A stretch of 64,000 nt of DNA from Rebecca billardiae RCC1528 (taxonomy: Eukaryota > Protista > Haptophyta): NCBI GenBank assembly GCA_965240325.2, contig OZ251223.1, forward strand, positions 3,100,001-3,164,000, read 5' to 3'. The notes under the pieces were generated by a model, which ran no database searches, was not told the DNA's origin, and saw nothing but the letters and a program-made list of their open reading frames with translations. Below, piece after piece: positions 31,669 through 44,000 of this stretch (position 1 is its first letter; each line of letters opens with the position of its first letter). Made by a program: the position numbers and the translations under genes.

Positions 31669-34600
31669 TCATCCGGACCCCGCTGTATCATCTGTCGTCT
31701 GCCGCGCGGGCACCGGGCCATCGCCCTCACCGTCGGCGCCGCCCTGCTGCGTGTGAGCAGGCTGCTCCAAGCTGGCGACGCCGATGGGACTGCCGGTCGG
31801 CTGGCCCTCGGCCGCGGCGGCCTCGTCGCCACCCGCTGCCTCCTCGGGAAGCGGCGCCGGCTGGGCCTCACCGCCGCCTTCCCCGCCGCCGCTCATGTCC
31901 GCCACAGGGCCTGCGAGCCGAGGATGGATCATGTCACTGTCAGCGTCGCCACGCTGGTCCGCATCGCCGCCGTGCGCCTCGCTCTGCTCCGCCGGCCGAC
32001 TGGAGCTGATCCGCAAGCCCGCTCCCTGCTCGCCCGTGGACCGGGAGGATAGCTCGTCCTCGCCGTGGGCTGCATTCGCGTGGGCGCCACCAGCCGCAGG
32101 CGCCGCAGCAGGCGCACCCGCGCCCGCGCCAGGCTGCTCGTCCGCGGCGCCGGCGATCTGCGCGTCCTCGTCGCCGCCGCCGGCCTCTGCCGTGGCGGCG
32201 GGCGCATCCGCGTGCGCGTCGGCGTCGGCGTGCGCGTGCTCGGGCGCGTGCCTCCGCCCGGCCATCAGCAGCTCGAGGGTCGGCCCGGGCACGGCGATCG
32301 ACGCCTTGCGCGCAAGCTGCTCAGGCGCGGCCGACGTGTGTCGCGCGATGGTCCTGTTCTGGGCAGCGTTGGCCTGCAGCTCGTCGTCGAAGGAGACGTC
32401 GAGCAGCCAGTCGAACGTCGAGCGCACCTCCTCCTGCAGCCTGATCAGCAGCGGCACCTGCGAGGCCGGCGGCGCACGGCGCGCGCGGCGCGGGCGTCGG
32501 GGCGCTCAGACCGCGCAACGCGGCGCCGAGCGGCGCGCTTGAAGGCGCGCGCCGCTGTCGCGCGACGCCGCGCGCGCGCGCACGCGCGCGCATGCCTGCA
32601 GCCGGTTGAAGTTCTGCTGCATGTCGTGCGGCGACGCGTACGCGTACTTCTCCGGGTGCTCATCCCAGCGCTGCAGCGTCATCTGGATGTCCGTCTTGCT
32701 CTTGAGGTAGCGCTGCTGGTGCGCGCGCGCGTACGCCTGCAGCTCGGCCCAGAAGCGCGGGTGCACGTCCGAGATCACATCTCCCTGCACCGCCTCGAGC
32801 TTGATCGCCTGCTCGATCTTCTTGCGGATCTTCGACGCGCTCGAGCGCTCCGAGCGCACCCACGCCGACATCGCCTTGATCGCGTCGAGCATCAGCTGCG
32901 CATGGGGCGACGGTCGCGGAAGAGGGTGGCGCGCGCGCGTGGGCCGGCCGGAGGCGCGCACGCGGGCGCGCACGCGGGCACGCGCGGGGCGCACGCGCGC
33001 CGCGCCGCGTGGGCGCGCACCGCCTGCTCGGCGATCTGGTCCGCCTGCATCGCCTGGCGATCGTCCTCGTCGTCCTGCCGAAGGTCCTCAACGAAGAGCT
33101 GCTCCGGGTCCACGTCGCCCGGCACGCCTCCCGCCGTCTCGACGAGCATCCGCACAACCGCGCGCCCCTCGCGCGCGGCGTCGTCGAGCGGGGTCGCGCC
33201 GAAGCGGTCGCGCGGGTTCACCTCGATGGCGGGCAGGCTGAGGAGGTAGTCGGCGGCGGCGAGCTGCCCGTTCGAGGCGGCGAGGTGCAGCGCGGTGCGC
33301 TCGTCGTAGTCCCCCTGGTTCACGTCGCACCGGTGCCGCACGAGCTTGCGCAGCGTCGCGATGTCGTTGTCGGCCGCGGCCGCGCAAAAGGCGGCGGCGA
33401 CGTCGAGCGCGCCCATCTCGCCGCCCGCGCCGAGCAGCAGCTCGGAGCACTCGTCGCGCTCGTGAGTGAAGGACTCCTGCAGCGGCGTGTGGCCCCAGCG
33501 GTCCTGCGCGTTCACGTCCGCCTTCGCCTCGAGCAGCAGCCGCACGTTGTCCGCGTGCCCCTCGGCCGCGGCGAGGTGGAGCGCGGTGCGCGAGTCGTAG
33601 TCGGCGGCGCTCGGCTCGCACTGAAACTCGAGCAGGTGGCGGATCTGCTCCGCGCCCTCCGCCGAGGCGGCGGCGGAGCACAGCCGCTCGGCGACGTCGG
33701 CAATGCCGAGCTCGGCGCCGCGCTCGTGCAGCAGCCGCGCGGCGTCGAGTCGCTTGTGCCGCAGCGCGTCCGCCAGCGGCGTGCCGTCGTACCGGTCGCG
33801 CACATTCACGTCCGCGTTGAGCGCGAGCAGCAGCTCGATGGCGGGCACGTGGCCCTCGCTCGCCGCGAGGTGGAGTGGGCGGCGCTGGTCGTAGTCCGGG
33901 CTGTTCACGTCGAGGTTGGAGGTGCTGACCAGGCGCTCGATCGCGTGCAGGTCGCCCTTGAACGCCGCGTCGCACAGCCGCACCGTGTACGACGACGTGC
34001 GCTGCTGCTTCGCGTCGGCGATCGTCGAGGCGACGCGGTCGGCCGGCTCGGCGTTTGGCGCCGAGCTCGGGCGCGACATGTTCTCCGAGCGCTCGTCGAC
34101 GCTGCGCGCGATGCTCGAGTGCGCGCTCGAGTGCGCGCGCGAGAGGCCGGAGACGTGCGAGCGCGCGCTCGCGCCGCCGTTGTCGTACATCTCGACGCAC
34201 CTGTTCATCACCACGTCCTCCTGCTCGGGGAAGAGCTTGAGCAGCAGCCGGTAGTCCTCCTGCGAGAGCGCGTACACCTTGGCCTCGCCGTCTGCGGACG
34301 CGCGCGCCGAGTCGTGGTGCCGCAGCTTGAAGACGAAGGCGAGCTCGCCCGCGGTGTTGCCCGTGGTGCACCACTTGACCGGCTCGGTCGTGCCGTCCTC
34401 GAGCACGTCAAACACCTCCACCGCGCCCGACGCGACGACGAACAGCTCCTTGGACATGTCGTTGGTGCGGTACAGCACCGCCTCCGCGTCGTGCGTCTGC
34501 TCGCGCATCATCGACGAGCAGCGGTCGAGGAACGCCTCGGCGCAGCCCGCGACGAGCGGCACCTCCTCGAGCAGCGCGCGGTTGGTGTACCGGCAGATCT

Positions 34601-37376
34601 CGATCTGGAGCGAGAGCGGCAGCGCGTTGTAGATCTCCGCGTCGTCCACGTGCGAGAGCGACTTGTCCTCCAGCCGCGCGGTGAAGAAGGTGTCGATCTC
34701 GTACGCGAGATCGAACGGCACGCGCGCGTGCGCGAGGTACGCCTGCACCTGCTCGCGCTGCCCGCGCTTGGTGACGATCTCGTCGTCCTGCTTCATCACG
34801 AGGTTGGAGATCTCGCCGACGGCCCACGCGTACACCGTCAGGTTGATCAGCAGCACGATCACCGTGAAGACGATCTCCGTGTGGTTGGCGGGCGACTGCG
34901 GCATGCCGAGGCACGAGAGCACCGACTGCAGCAGGAAGAGCGCCAGCAGGTACTGCTCGCCCAGCACGCACGGGCCGTCCGGGTCGTCGGCGAGCGGCGT
35001 GCCGCCCACCTCGGAGACGAGCGAGCCGAAGCTCTGCGGCCAGCGGTGCGCGGGGTGCGACAGGTCGGCGGGCAGCTCGTGCCCGTCGAGCGTGATCGGG
35101 TGGCCGATCAGGTTCCACGCGCACGCGCCCACGTGCGCAAACGCCAGGTAGATGGTGAGCTTGGCGGCGAGACCGAGCACGAGCGAGTCGGAGGAGAAGG
35201 AGCGCGACCAGCGGAAGTAGGCGGAGAGGAGCTCGCGCACGCGCACGAGCTTGAGCAGGCGCAGGCACGCCGCAATGTACGCCGGCGCGCCGAGCGCGGC
35301 GACGAAGTGGTCCTGCGGCAGCGCCGCGACCAGGTCGGCGACAAAGTCGTGCGCGAGGTAGTGCTTGCGCACCTTGGCGGGCTGCGTGACGGTCACCGAC
35401 TTCTTGTTCACATACGACGTGTTGAAGCCGACGAGGATGCGGAGGCCGTAGAGGCAGTCGCACACCACGTCGACGTACGCCCACCAGCCCAGCTTGCTCG
35501 CCTCCTGGAAGAAGCACAGCTTGACCGGCACCATCAGCGCGTTCCACAGCGTCGCGCACAGCACGGCGGAGCGCACGTACGCGTGCAATCTCGAGCGGTG
35601 CGAGATCACGTGCCACGGCCGCTCCGAGCCGGGGCCGCCCGGCCGCGCGCCCGGCGCGCCGAGCGCGAGCGCGGCGCCGAGCAGCGAGGCGGGCACCAGC
35701 GCGCCGAGCTCGGCGCACGCGCCGCGCGCGCCGCCCTTGCGCGCCGCGAGCGCCACGCGAGCGAGCCGCGAGGCCGCCGCGCCGCCCGCGCGCGGCTCGC
35801 CCGCCGGCCCGCCGCCGCCCGCGCCGCTCGCGTGCGCGCGCAGCGCGCTCTCGAGCGCCGCCCACGAGGGCGCGCCCTCGAGCGCGCGCAGGTCGAGGCC
35901 GAGCGCGCTGTGCAGCCACGCGAGCACCTCCGGCGAGCGCACCCGCCCCGGCGCCGCCGTGCGCTCCTGCTGCAGCAGCCCGTTGAGCATGGACGCGACG
36001 ATGGCCGCGTCCGCGTGCTCCGCGCCCTCGGCCTGCGCGCCGTCCGCTGCGCGCGAGCTCACCAGCTCGGCGAGGGCGGCGCACAGCTCGGGGCGCATCA
36101 GCGCGCCGAGCTCGGGCCGCGAGCCCGACGGGTCGGCGGCGCTGCTGCGCTCGCCGCCGCCGCCGCCCAGCCCCGCGCCGCGCGGGAACAGCCGCGGCAT
36201 CTCGAACGAGCCGCCGTGCGCGAGCTGCGCGCCCTCCAGCCCGCCGTGCGCGTCCGCGCCCGTCTCGTTCTCGCGCTCGGCGAGGATCCACGTGGCGGAG
36301 CCGACGTAGAACTGCGAGCGGCTGATGTTCACGCCGCCGCCCTTGCGCGAGCCGCGGCGCGAGCCGGCGCGCAGCCGCTCCGTCCCGCTCGCGCCGTCGC
36401 TGCCGCCGCCCTCCGCGTCGTCCTCCTCGCGCTCCTCGCGCTCCTGCGCGCGCGCGACCGCGAGCGAGCGCTCGGTCAGGTAGCCGAGCAGCGCGCGGAT
36501 CTCCTTGGCGCCCAGCTCGCCCATCGAGCCCTGCAGCGTGCGCATGTCGGTGGCGTTGATCGAGCCGCGCTGCCGCACGTCGAGCGCGTTGAAGAGGTCG
36601 TGGATCAGCCCGACCGCCGCGCAGATCACCTCCGCCTCGCGCTCGGCCGCGCTCGGCTGGCGCTGCAGCGCGGGCGCGCCCCCGTCCGCGCCCCCGCTCG
36701 TGGCCTCGGACGCGCGGCCGGCGCTCGTCCGGAAGCGCGAGAGCGCGTCTTGCACGCGCGAGGCGCAGCGGAGCGGCGAGGCCGGCACCGAGCTCCCGAC
36801 CGGCGAGGCGGGCACCGAGAGCGCCTCGCCGCCGGAGGAGGCGCGCGCGCCCTCGTCGATCGCCAGCGTGCGCGGAGCGAACCTGGGCCGCTGCGGGCTG
36901 CCGCCAGAGGCGCCGCGCGTGACGGCTGGCTCCTCGCTCGTGCGGCTCGTGCGGCTGATGCGCAGGCTGTTGCTGAGGCGGCTGCACCTCGACGAGCCGT
37001 CCGTGTCCTGCTGGCCGTCGCGCTCGGCGGCGCGCGCGCTGCTCATGCGCAGGCTGGCGCTCGCCCAGCCGTTGCGGCCGGCGGCTGCGCGCTCGGCGCC
37101 GCCCTGCGCGGGCTGCTCCGCCTGCTCCGCCGCGCGCTTCGCCGCCTGCGCCGCGCGCTTGGCGAGGTGCTCGACAAACGCCTGGCTGGTGAGCAGCACC
37201 TCGTACCCGAGGTCGGCGAGCGTGCTGCGCGCCGCGTCGTCCGCGCCGCCGGGCGAGGAGCTCCGCCCCTCGCACGAGTAGGCCTGCGAGCCGCCCTGGC
37301 GCGCGCTACTGTCGGCCGCGTTGTGCGACGAGCGCGCAGTCGAGCCGCGCTTGGCGCACACGGCGCTCAGGGACGT

Positions 37377-37433
<57 letters not shown>

Positions 37434-40400
37434 GCCGTTGACATGGCCAGAGCCGGTGAGGCTCGACCCGCGCCGTCTGTGCGAGCCAGGCTGCAGCGAG
37501 TTGGTGCTGGAGTGGAGCAAGCCCTCGCCAGAGGGGCGGGCGCGCCGCGTCGGCGAGCGGCCCGCGGCGCCGCCGAGCAAGTCGGAGAGGATCGCCGCGC
37601 CCGGCAGCATGCTCTGCGCGGGCGGGTCGGCCGGGCGCGCGGGCGCCTCGTCGCCCAGCAGCAGGTCGAGCTCGTCGTGCAGCTCGGCGCACACGCGCCC
37701 GGCGCCCTGCTCGTCGAAGCCGAACCGCCCCCTGATGAAGGCCTTCAGCGCGTCGTCCTGCGCGCGCGCGCTGTCCGCCGCGCCGCCGAGCGCGCGCGTG
37801 TACGCGTCCGCCAGCGCTTCCAGCCCGTCGGCCGCGCGCGGCAGCCTGAGCACGAGCTGGATGAACGACTTCTGGCCGGAGGCGCGGCGCTTCGCCGCCA
37901 CGCTCGAGGCGGCGCGGCGGCGGCGCTCGCCGGACGTGCGCGACTGCCCGTGCTCGACGCGCGAGCGCGCGCCGCCGCCCGCCGCCTCCCCGCCCGGGCC
38001 GGGCTGGCCAGCGGCGGGCGGCTGCGCGGCCGCGCGCTGATTGCTCCCGCTGACGGCGCGCGCCGCGCCCGCACTCCCACTGCTCTTCGAGCCGTGCGCC
38101 GGCCGACCCTCGAGCGAGAAGGCGCCGGAGACGTCCTTGCCGGGCTGCCTCTTCGGCGCCGAGCCGGCACTCAGCAGCGGCAGCGCCGCCGACGCGTTCG
38201 CGAGCGTGGCGATCGTGGGCGTCGGCGCGACCTGGTCGGTGCCCGCGGCGGCGCGCTCGTCGCTCGCGTCCGCGAGCGCGCGCGCGACGTCGAGCGCCTG
38301 CTGCTGCCGGCTGAGCAGCGTGCTCGCCGCCGACGCGCCGCCGTGCGCGGCGGCGCAGGCGCCGTCGGCGAGGGCCGCGCCGCCCGCCGCCGCCTCCGCG
38401 CCGCCGTGCGAGCCCGCGCAGGCGCCGTCCGCGAGGGTCGCGCCGCCCGCCGCCGCCTCCGCGTCGGCGCGCGAGCCCGCGCTGCTCCGCGCGCTGCTCC
38501 GCGCGCTGCGGCGCGCGCTGCGCCGACTCGAGCGCGTGCCCCCGAGCTGCGCGTCGCTCGAGGCGCGCTCCTCCTTCCGCAGCTCCGCCTCGAAGCCCGA
38601 CAGGTCGCGATCGTCGCCGTACAGCTCGTCCGAGTGCGAGGAGAGCCCGTCGTCCGCGAGCTCGCGGCTGTCCTCGACGGCGTACGTGTCGATCCAGCGC
38701 GGCACGGACTGGCTCAGCTTGCGGCACACCGGCTCGAACGTCGCGACCAGCTTGCTCACCGCGTCGATCAGCTCCTCGAAGGCGAGGCCGAGCGCGCGCC
38801 GCGTCTGCTGCTGCTCGGACGCGAGCGCCTTGCGCCGCACGCTGCGCTGCTGCAGCGTGCGCTCGATGGCGAAGACGGACTCGGCGCGCGCGCGCGCGAG
38901 CGCGCGCTCGAGCTTGCCCGACTCTGCGAGCGCGGCGGGCAGCTCCGCGCCGTGCGCGAGCAGCAGCGCCGAGCACCTGGGCGAGTGCTGCAGCGCGTCG
39001 ACGAGCGGCGTGTTGCCCCACCTGTCCCTTGCGTTCACGTTGGCGCGCGAGGTGATCAGGTAGTCCACGACGGAGACCGAGCCGGCGCACGCGGCGAGGT
39101 GGAGCGCGGTGCGCGCGTCATAGTCGCCGCCGTCGACGTCGAGCCCCGTGTGCACGAGCAGCCGCAGCCGCGCGATGTCGCCCGTGCTCGCCGCGTCGCA
39201 CAGCCGCTCCGCGCTCGCCTCCTGGCTCGGCCGGCTGCCCGCGTCGTACAGCAGCTGCACCACGATGCCGCGCTGGTTCATCATCGCGTCGTCGATCGGC
39301 GTGCGCCCCCAGCGGTCGGCGACGTTCACGTCGGCGAGGCGCGAGACCATGTACTCGACCACGCGCACGTTGCCCTCGGCCGCGGCGAGGTGGAGCGCGG
39401 TGCGCCGGTCGTAGTCGCCCGAGTTGATCTCGAGGCCGTGCGAGAGGAGCGTCGCAATGTAGTTCACGTCGCCCGCCGACGCGGCGGTGCAGAGCAGCGA
39501 GGCGGGCTGCTCGAGCTCGAGCCGCGCGCCGCGCTCGCGCAGCGACGTCGCCGCCGCCTCGTGCTTGCCCTCGATCGCGTCCTTGATCGGCGCGCCGCCC
39601 CAACGGTCGGTCACGTTCGGATCGGCGCCGAGCGAGCAGAGCAGCTCGACCACCTTGACGTTGCCCTCGGCCGCGGCGAGGTGCAGCGTCGTGCGCCCGT
39701 CGTAGTCGCCGGCGTCGAGGTCGAGCCCCGAGTGCGCGAGCGCGCGCACCGTCTCGACGTCGCCCTCGGACGCGGCGTACGTCATCTGCGAGAGCGCGTC
39801 CTCATTCCTTCTTACAATCGCCTCGCGCACCGTGGCGCGCAGCTGCTCGAACTCGTCCGCCTCGGGGCTGTCCGACTCCTTCGCGCCGGCGGCGCCGCCC
39901 GCGGGCGCGCCCGGCGGCGCGCCCTGCTGCGCCGCGCCGCCGCCGCTGTTCAGCTCGTTCCCCGCCTTGTCCAGCCCCATGTTGAGCAGCAGGTTGGCCA
40001 TCACCACCTCCGCCTGCTCCGGGTACGAGAGCAGAATCTCGTCGTACTCGGAGCGCGTGAGCAGCAGCAGCGTGACGTCGCCCACGCCGGAGGCGGAGAC
40101 GGTGTACGGCTGGACGATGCCGAGGAAGAAGGTGATCTCGCCGACCACCGCGCCCACGCCGAGGTCCGAGCGGATCGTCGCGATGTGCGCGTCGCCGTTG
40201 CGCACGTTGAGCGAGCCGGAGCGGCAGAAGAGCAGCTCGCGCGTGCCGTCGCCCTGCTTCCACAGCACCTCGTTGGGCATGACGTGGCGCTCCTTGAGCG
40301 CGATCACGACCTCGTTGAGGAACTGCGGGTTGGCGCCCTTGAACACCCACGCGGTCTCGATGTGCGCGCGGTACTGCGCCGACGCCACCTTCACCTTGAG

Positions 40401-41984
40401 CGTGTGCGGCAGCTGCGCAAAGATCTGCAGGTTCGCCGCCGCCGACTTGGTGTGCTGGAACTCAAAGTGCTCGTGCAGCGCGCGCGCGAGCCGCGTCGGC
40501 AGCTTGCGCGTGCGCGCGTACTCGTCGACGGCCTTGAGCAGCTCCTTGTACCGCGTGGTCGCCTCGTCCGTGCGGAACAGGTAGTGGAACAACGTGCCGA
40601 GCACGAACGCGTAGAAGACGATCTGGAAGAGCACGATCACGTTCATGATCGTGAGCTCGTGCACCGAGACGGGCACGGTCGTGTACCCCATCGCCGTCAC
40701 GCCCGACATGGCCATGTACAGCGAGAGGAAGTACTTCTCCATGTCGCCGTTGCGCTCGGGGTCGAAGTGCTCGTACCCCGTCTCCGTGTACAACTGGCCC
40801 GCCCACGTGTACCGCTCGATGCGCCGCTGCTCGATCGCGTCGAGCGGCGGCGGCTCCGCGCCGGGCGCGACCGTCTCGCGCGCGACGAGCCACCACACGC
40901 ACGCGAGCAGGTGGGGCATGCCGAGCACGACGATGGTGTACTTGTACACGGCGAGGTAGATCACGTTGGTCGTCAGGTCGGTCGACACCTGGCTGATGTA
41001 CCAGTACAGGTCGAGCAGCCGCAGCAGCCGCAGCGCCTGCGCGACGTACCACAGCGCAAAGCCCTCGCCCGCCCACGCGAGCGCGCGCGCCACGTGCAGC
41101 GTCACGACCGCGAGCACGTCCGGCGCGAGGCGGCCGAGGGTGTACGGGTAGAGCGCGACGCCCGCGCTCTCGCGCTCCTCCTCCGTGAACGCCGTGCGCA
41201 GGTCCGCCTCGCCCGCGCACGCGGCGACGACGCGCGCGAGCTCGAAGACGTCGACCGCGACGTCGCCCGCGATCGAGAAGGGCGAGAACGCGGTGAGCAC
41301 GGGGAAGGCGACGCGCATCGGCAGCGAGAGGAACTCGAACGTGGTGCACGGCATGCGCAAGAACTTGTAGTACGCCTCCCACCGCTCGCGCCGCTGCTTG
41401 CGGTGCAGCTGCGCCAGCTCGAGCGCCGCCTCGTCCACGTCGTCAGCGCCGCCCGCCGACTCCTCGACGAGCTGCAGCGCCCAGTGGACGCCGCGCGGCT
41501 CGCGGCCGGCCGGGCGGTGCGCGCGGTAGTGGCGCGACGTCCTGAGGATCGGCCGCGGGCCCGATCGGTTGCCCCGGTTGCCGCGCAACGCGCTCGCGGC
41601 GCCGGCACCGCGTGGCGCCAGGCAGGAGCGCCGGCCGCGCACGCGCCAGCAGCCGCCCGTGCGCGCGCGCACGAAGCGCTGCAGCCGGAAGAGGACGAGG
41701 GACCAGCCGCGCAGCTCGACCCCGGTCAGCTCGAAGGAGTTCTGCTTGGCCGCCCCCGCGCCGCGCGAGCTGGGCTGCGCGACGGCCGCGCTCGGCGCCG
41801 GCGCGTTTGCGCGCGCCCCTGCCTGCAGCACGATTCCGTACGGGTTGTGCGCGAGCAGCGACGCGCGGCGCCCCGAGGCTGTCACGCGCGACTTGTCGTT
41901 CGCGTCGCCCACGCCCGCGACGGTGGCTGCCTTGCGCCCCCGCCGCTGGCCGCGCTCGGCGCCCTCGGCGGGCGCGCGTCCCAT
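31669..41984 (-). CDS. Giant two-repeat Shaker/CNBD-family cation channel with ankyrin repeats (2x[6TM-CNBD-ANK])
   Basis: The 3030-aa ORF contains two S4-like segments (LRLLRLL, LRLLKLVRV), two pore regions, two C-linker/CNBD domains (GEITFF, GELAFVF) and two ankyrin arrays (GDYD.RT.LHLAAAEG). It extends via introns 32896-33020 and ~32458-32595 to a stop at 31669. Confidence 0.85.
37378..37431. repeat. (CCCGCG)n hexamer tandem repeat encoding poly-(GA) in the channel linker
   Basis: About 9 units; reads GAGAGAGA on the minus strand. Confidence 0.85.
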
Positions 41985-44000
41985 GCCCGCCCGCGCAGGA
42001 GAGAGCAGAGGGACGACAACCCCTCGCGTGGCGGGGTTCGGAATGGCCCGAATGATAGATGCGGCCTGAACTGAAACCTCCGCGCCCCTTTTTCATTACT
42101 CGTACGTGCATTCTGGTATCTCATCCACCTGTCCAGCCGCGCAAGTTACCGCCTGAGAAGGCAGGCGACACCGCGACCTTGCCGGGACAGTATTATTTTT
42201 CCGGACAAAACCGCCATATACCAATCTTACCCCCATACCCGGCCCGAAACTCTGTCATTCGTCGGTTTCGCCCTGGGTCCCTGACCCATTAATTTCTATG
42301 ATTTAACGACACAAGGAGCGCATATGATAATCACGTTGTCATTGATGAGCGGATAAAATTGTGATGATGACAATCCGGCTTCCAACTGGTGAGCAACTGG
42401 TGAGCACTGAGCAGCGGTTTATCACATCGATGACGATGAACCGCCAAACATTGATACCCAGCCCAAAGGTGCATGTGGAGTGTGGACAAATCATCTCAGT
42501 GATCTCGCCATGTAATTACCGGTTCATACCCAACTGCCCACTTGAAATGATCCTTATATTTGTGAAGGTTCTCGTCAATCGTCATCAACGTTTTATGATT
42601 ATATTCCCGAAACCACGACGGCCATCTTCTCGGAAACCGGGGGATCCGATCATCAATTATTATCATCAACATGCCCATAATATAATACATTAACATTCGC
42701 TTGCCGCTGAGCAATACATTATTATGATATTGTTATTCCACTTGATGACAGAGACATCGCGGGGAACGCTGGGCTGGCTGCCCGACCGGACAGACAGGTG
42801 GTCCGGATCCGGACCGGTTTTTCTTGGCGAATATTTTCTCTGGAGGAGAGAAAATCATCGGGCCAGCATGGCGGACTTTTCAATCTCAACGGCAAGGCCG
42901 ACAGCTCACGCGCTGTCGCTGGGGGCGCTGCCCGCCACGGTGTCTGGGCCGCACGAGCTCAGTGGATCAGCCCGTCTGATGTTGCCCCGGCAGCGGAAGT
43001 ACCCCTGGGCGCGGCCCTCGTTGCCGATTAGCGCTCTAGGCCGTAGAGCAGCCGCCGCCCGCCGGCCTGCTGCCTCGGTCAGTGACAAGGCTCGGTCGGA
43101 GGCCAGGCGCCAGCCGATCAGGCGAGGCTGCGGAGTGTGGTGACGCGACGTCACGCAGCGCCTCCGCGAAAGCGGTCAGCAACCACACGTACCTGGCGCC
43201 AGGCTCGCCCACCGGGTAGATCGGACCGCAAACTCTCATCATGCTGCTGCTGTTGAGGCATGAATGCCGTTGCTACGCCCAACCGCGCGACCGCTTGAGT
43301 CAGTATGGGACGTCGGAACGCGCGAGGTCGGCGAGACCTGACGACGCTTGAGCGCCGCGGAACACATCCGCTTGGGCGCGCATCGAGCCACATCCGCGGC
43401 CTAGAAGGGAGTCCCAAGTCTGTGCGCCTCCCCCGGCCCGGCCTCGGTGAAGAGCGCCGAGCGGCCCCAAAATATGAATATGCATTTGTGATATACGGCT
43501 TTTTTTATGGCTGGCCAAACCCTCCCGGAACCGCATAATATTAATAGAAGTCAGGCCGTTCTGAGCCAAGTCTCTCCGAACCATGAATCACGAGTTCGTT
43601 CGGCCGATAGTTCCTGATTTTATTTTTTGTAATACCGGGTCGTTCCTCATGTGAATATGCGTCGGAACTTCTTATCGGTTCGAGAAGGTTGGGGTAGATG
43701 GCGCTTGGTAAAAAATGACCGAGTTCCCATATGAATCCATGTATGACCCTTCCTCACCCATAACGGTAATTAGACATGGATGAGGAAGATGCGGCCTTCT
43801 CGCGTAACCGAGCCACCTATGAAGCGTTGCGAACTGTTCGACCCGCCATTTCAGAATAGTCATCGGACGTTCGGCCTCATTAGTGGTCGGTTGAACCCGT
43901 TCATATGGTTGCGAACGGGATTCAGCTGCGAATGTTTGTGATTATTACTCACCCCGAGAATCTGAGCCAACCCCTCTTCATCCCGTGATCGGCCACGCGG

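Noticed and set aside
41542-41672. Putative intron near the channel N-terminus
   Set aside because: The obvious GT donor and CAG acceptor are in incompatible phases, so it was left as exon.
6692-41984. Functional signalling cluster (receptors, phosducin-like, PIP5K, MYB, CNBD channel)
   Set aside because: Proximity alone is weak evidence in a gene-dense eukaryote; no shared regulatory signal is visible, and synteny or co-expression cannot be assessed here.
33009-42074. 3021-aa plus-strand ORF (and similar ORFs at 7526-10684, 20397-22409 and 47588-49153)
   Set aside because: Antisense shadows of real genes caused by extreme GC3. They are R/A/V/L-rich with no recognisable motifs.
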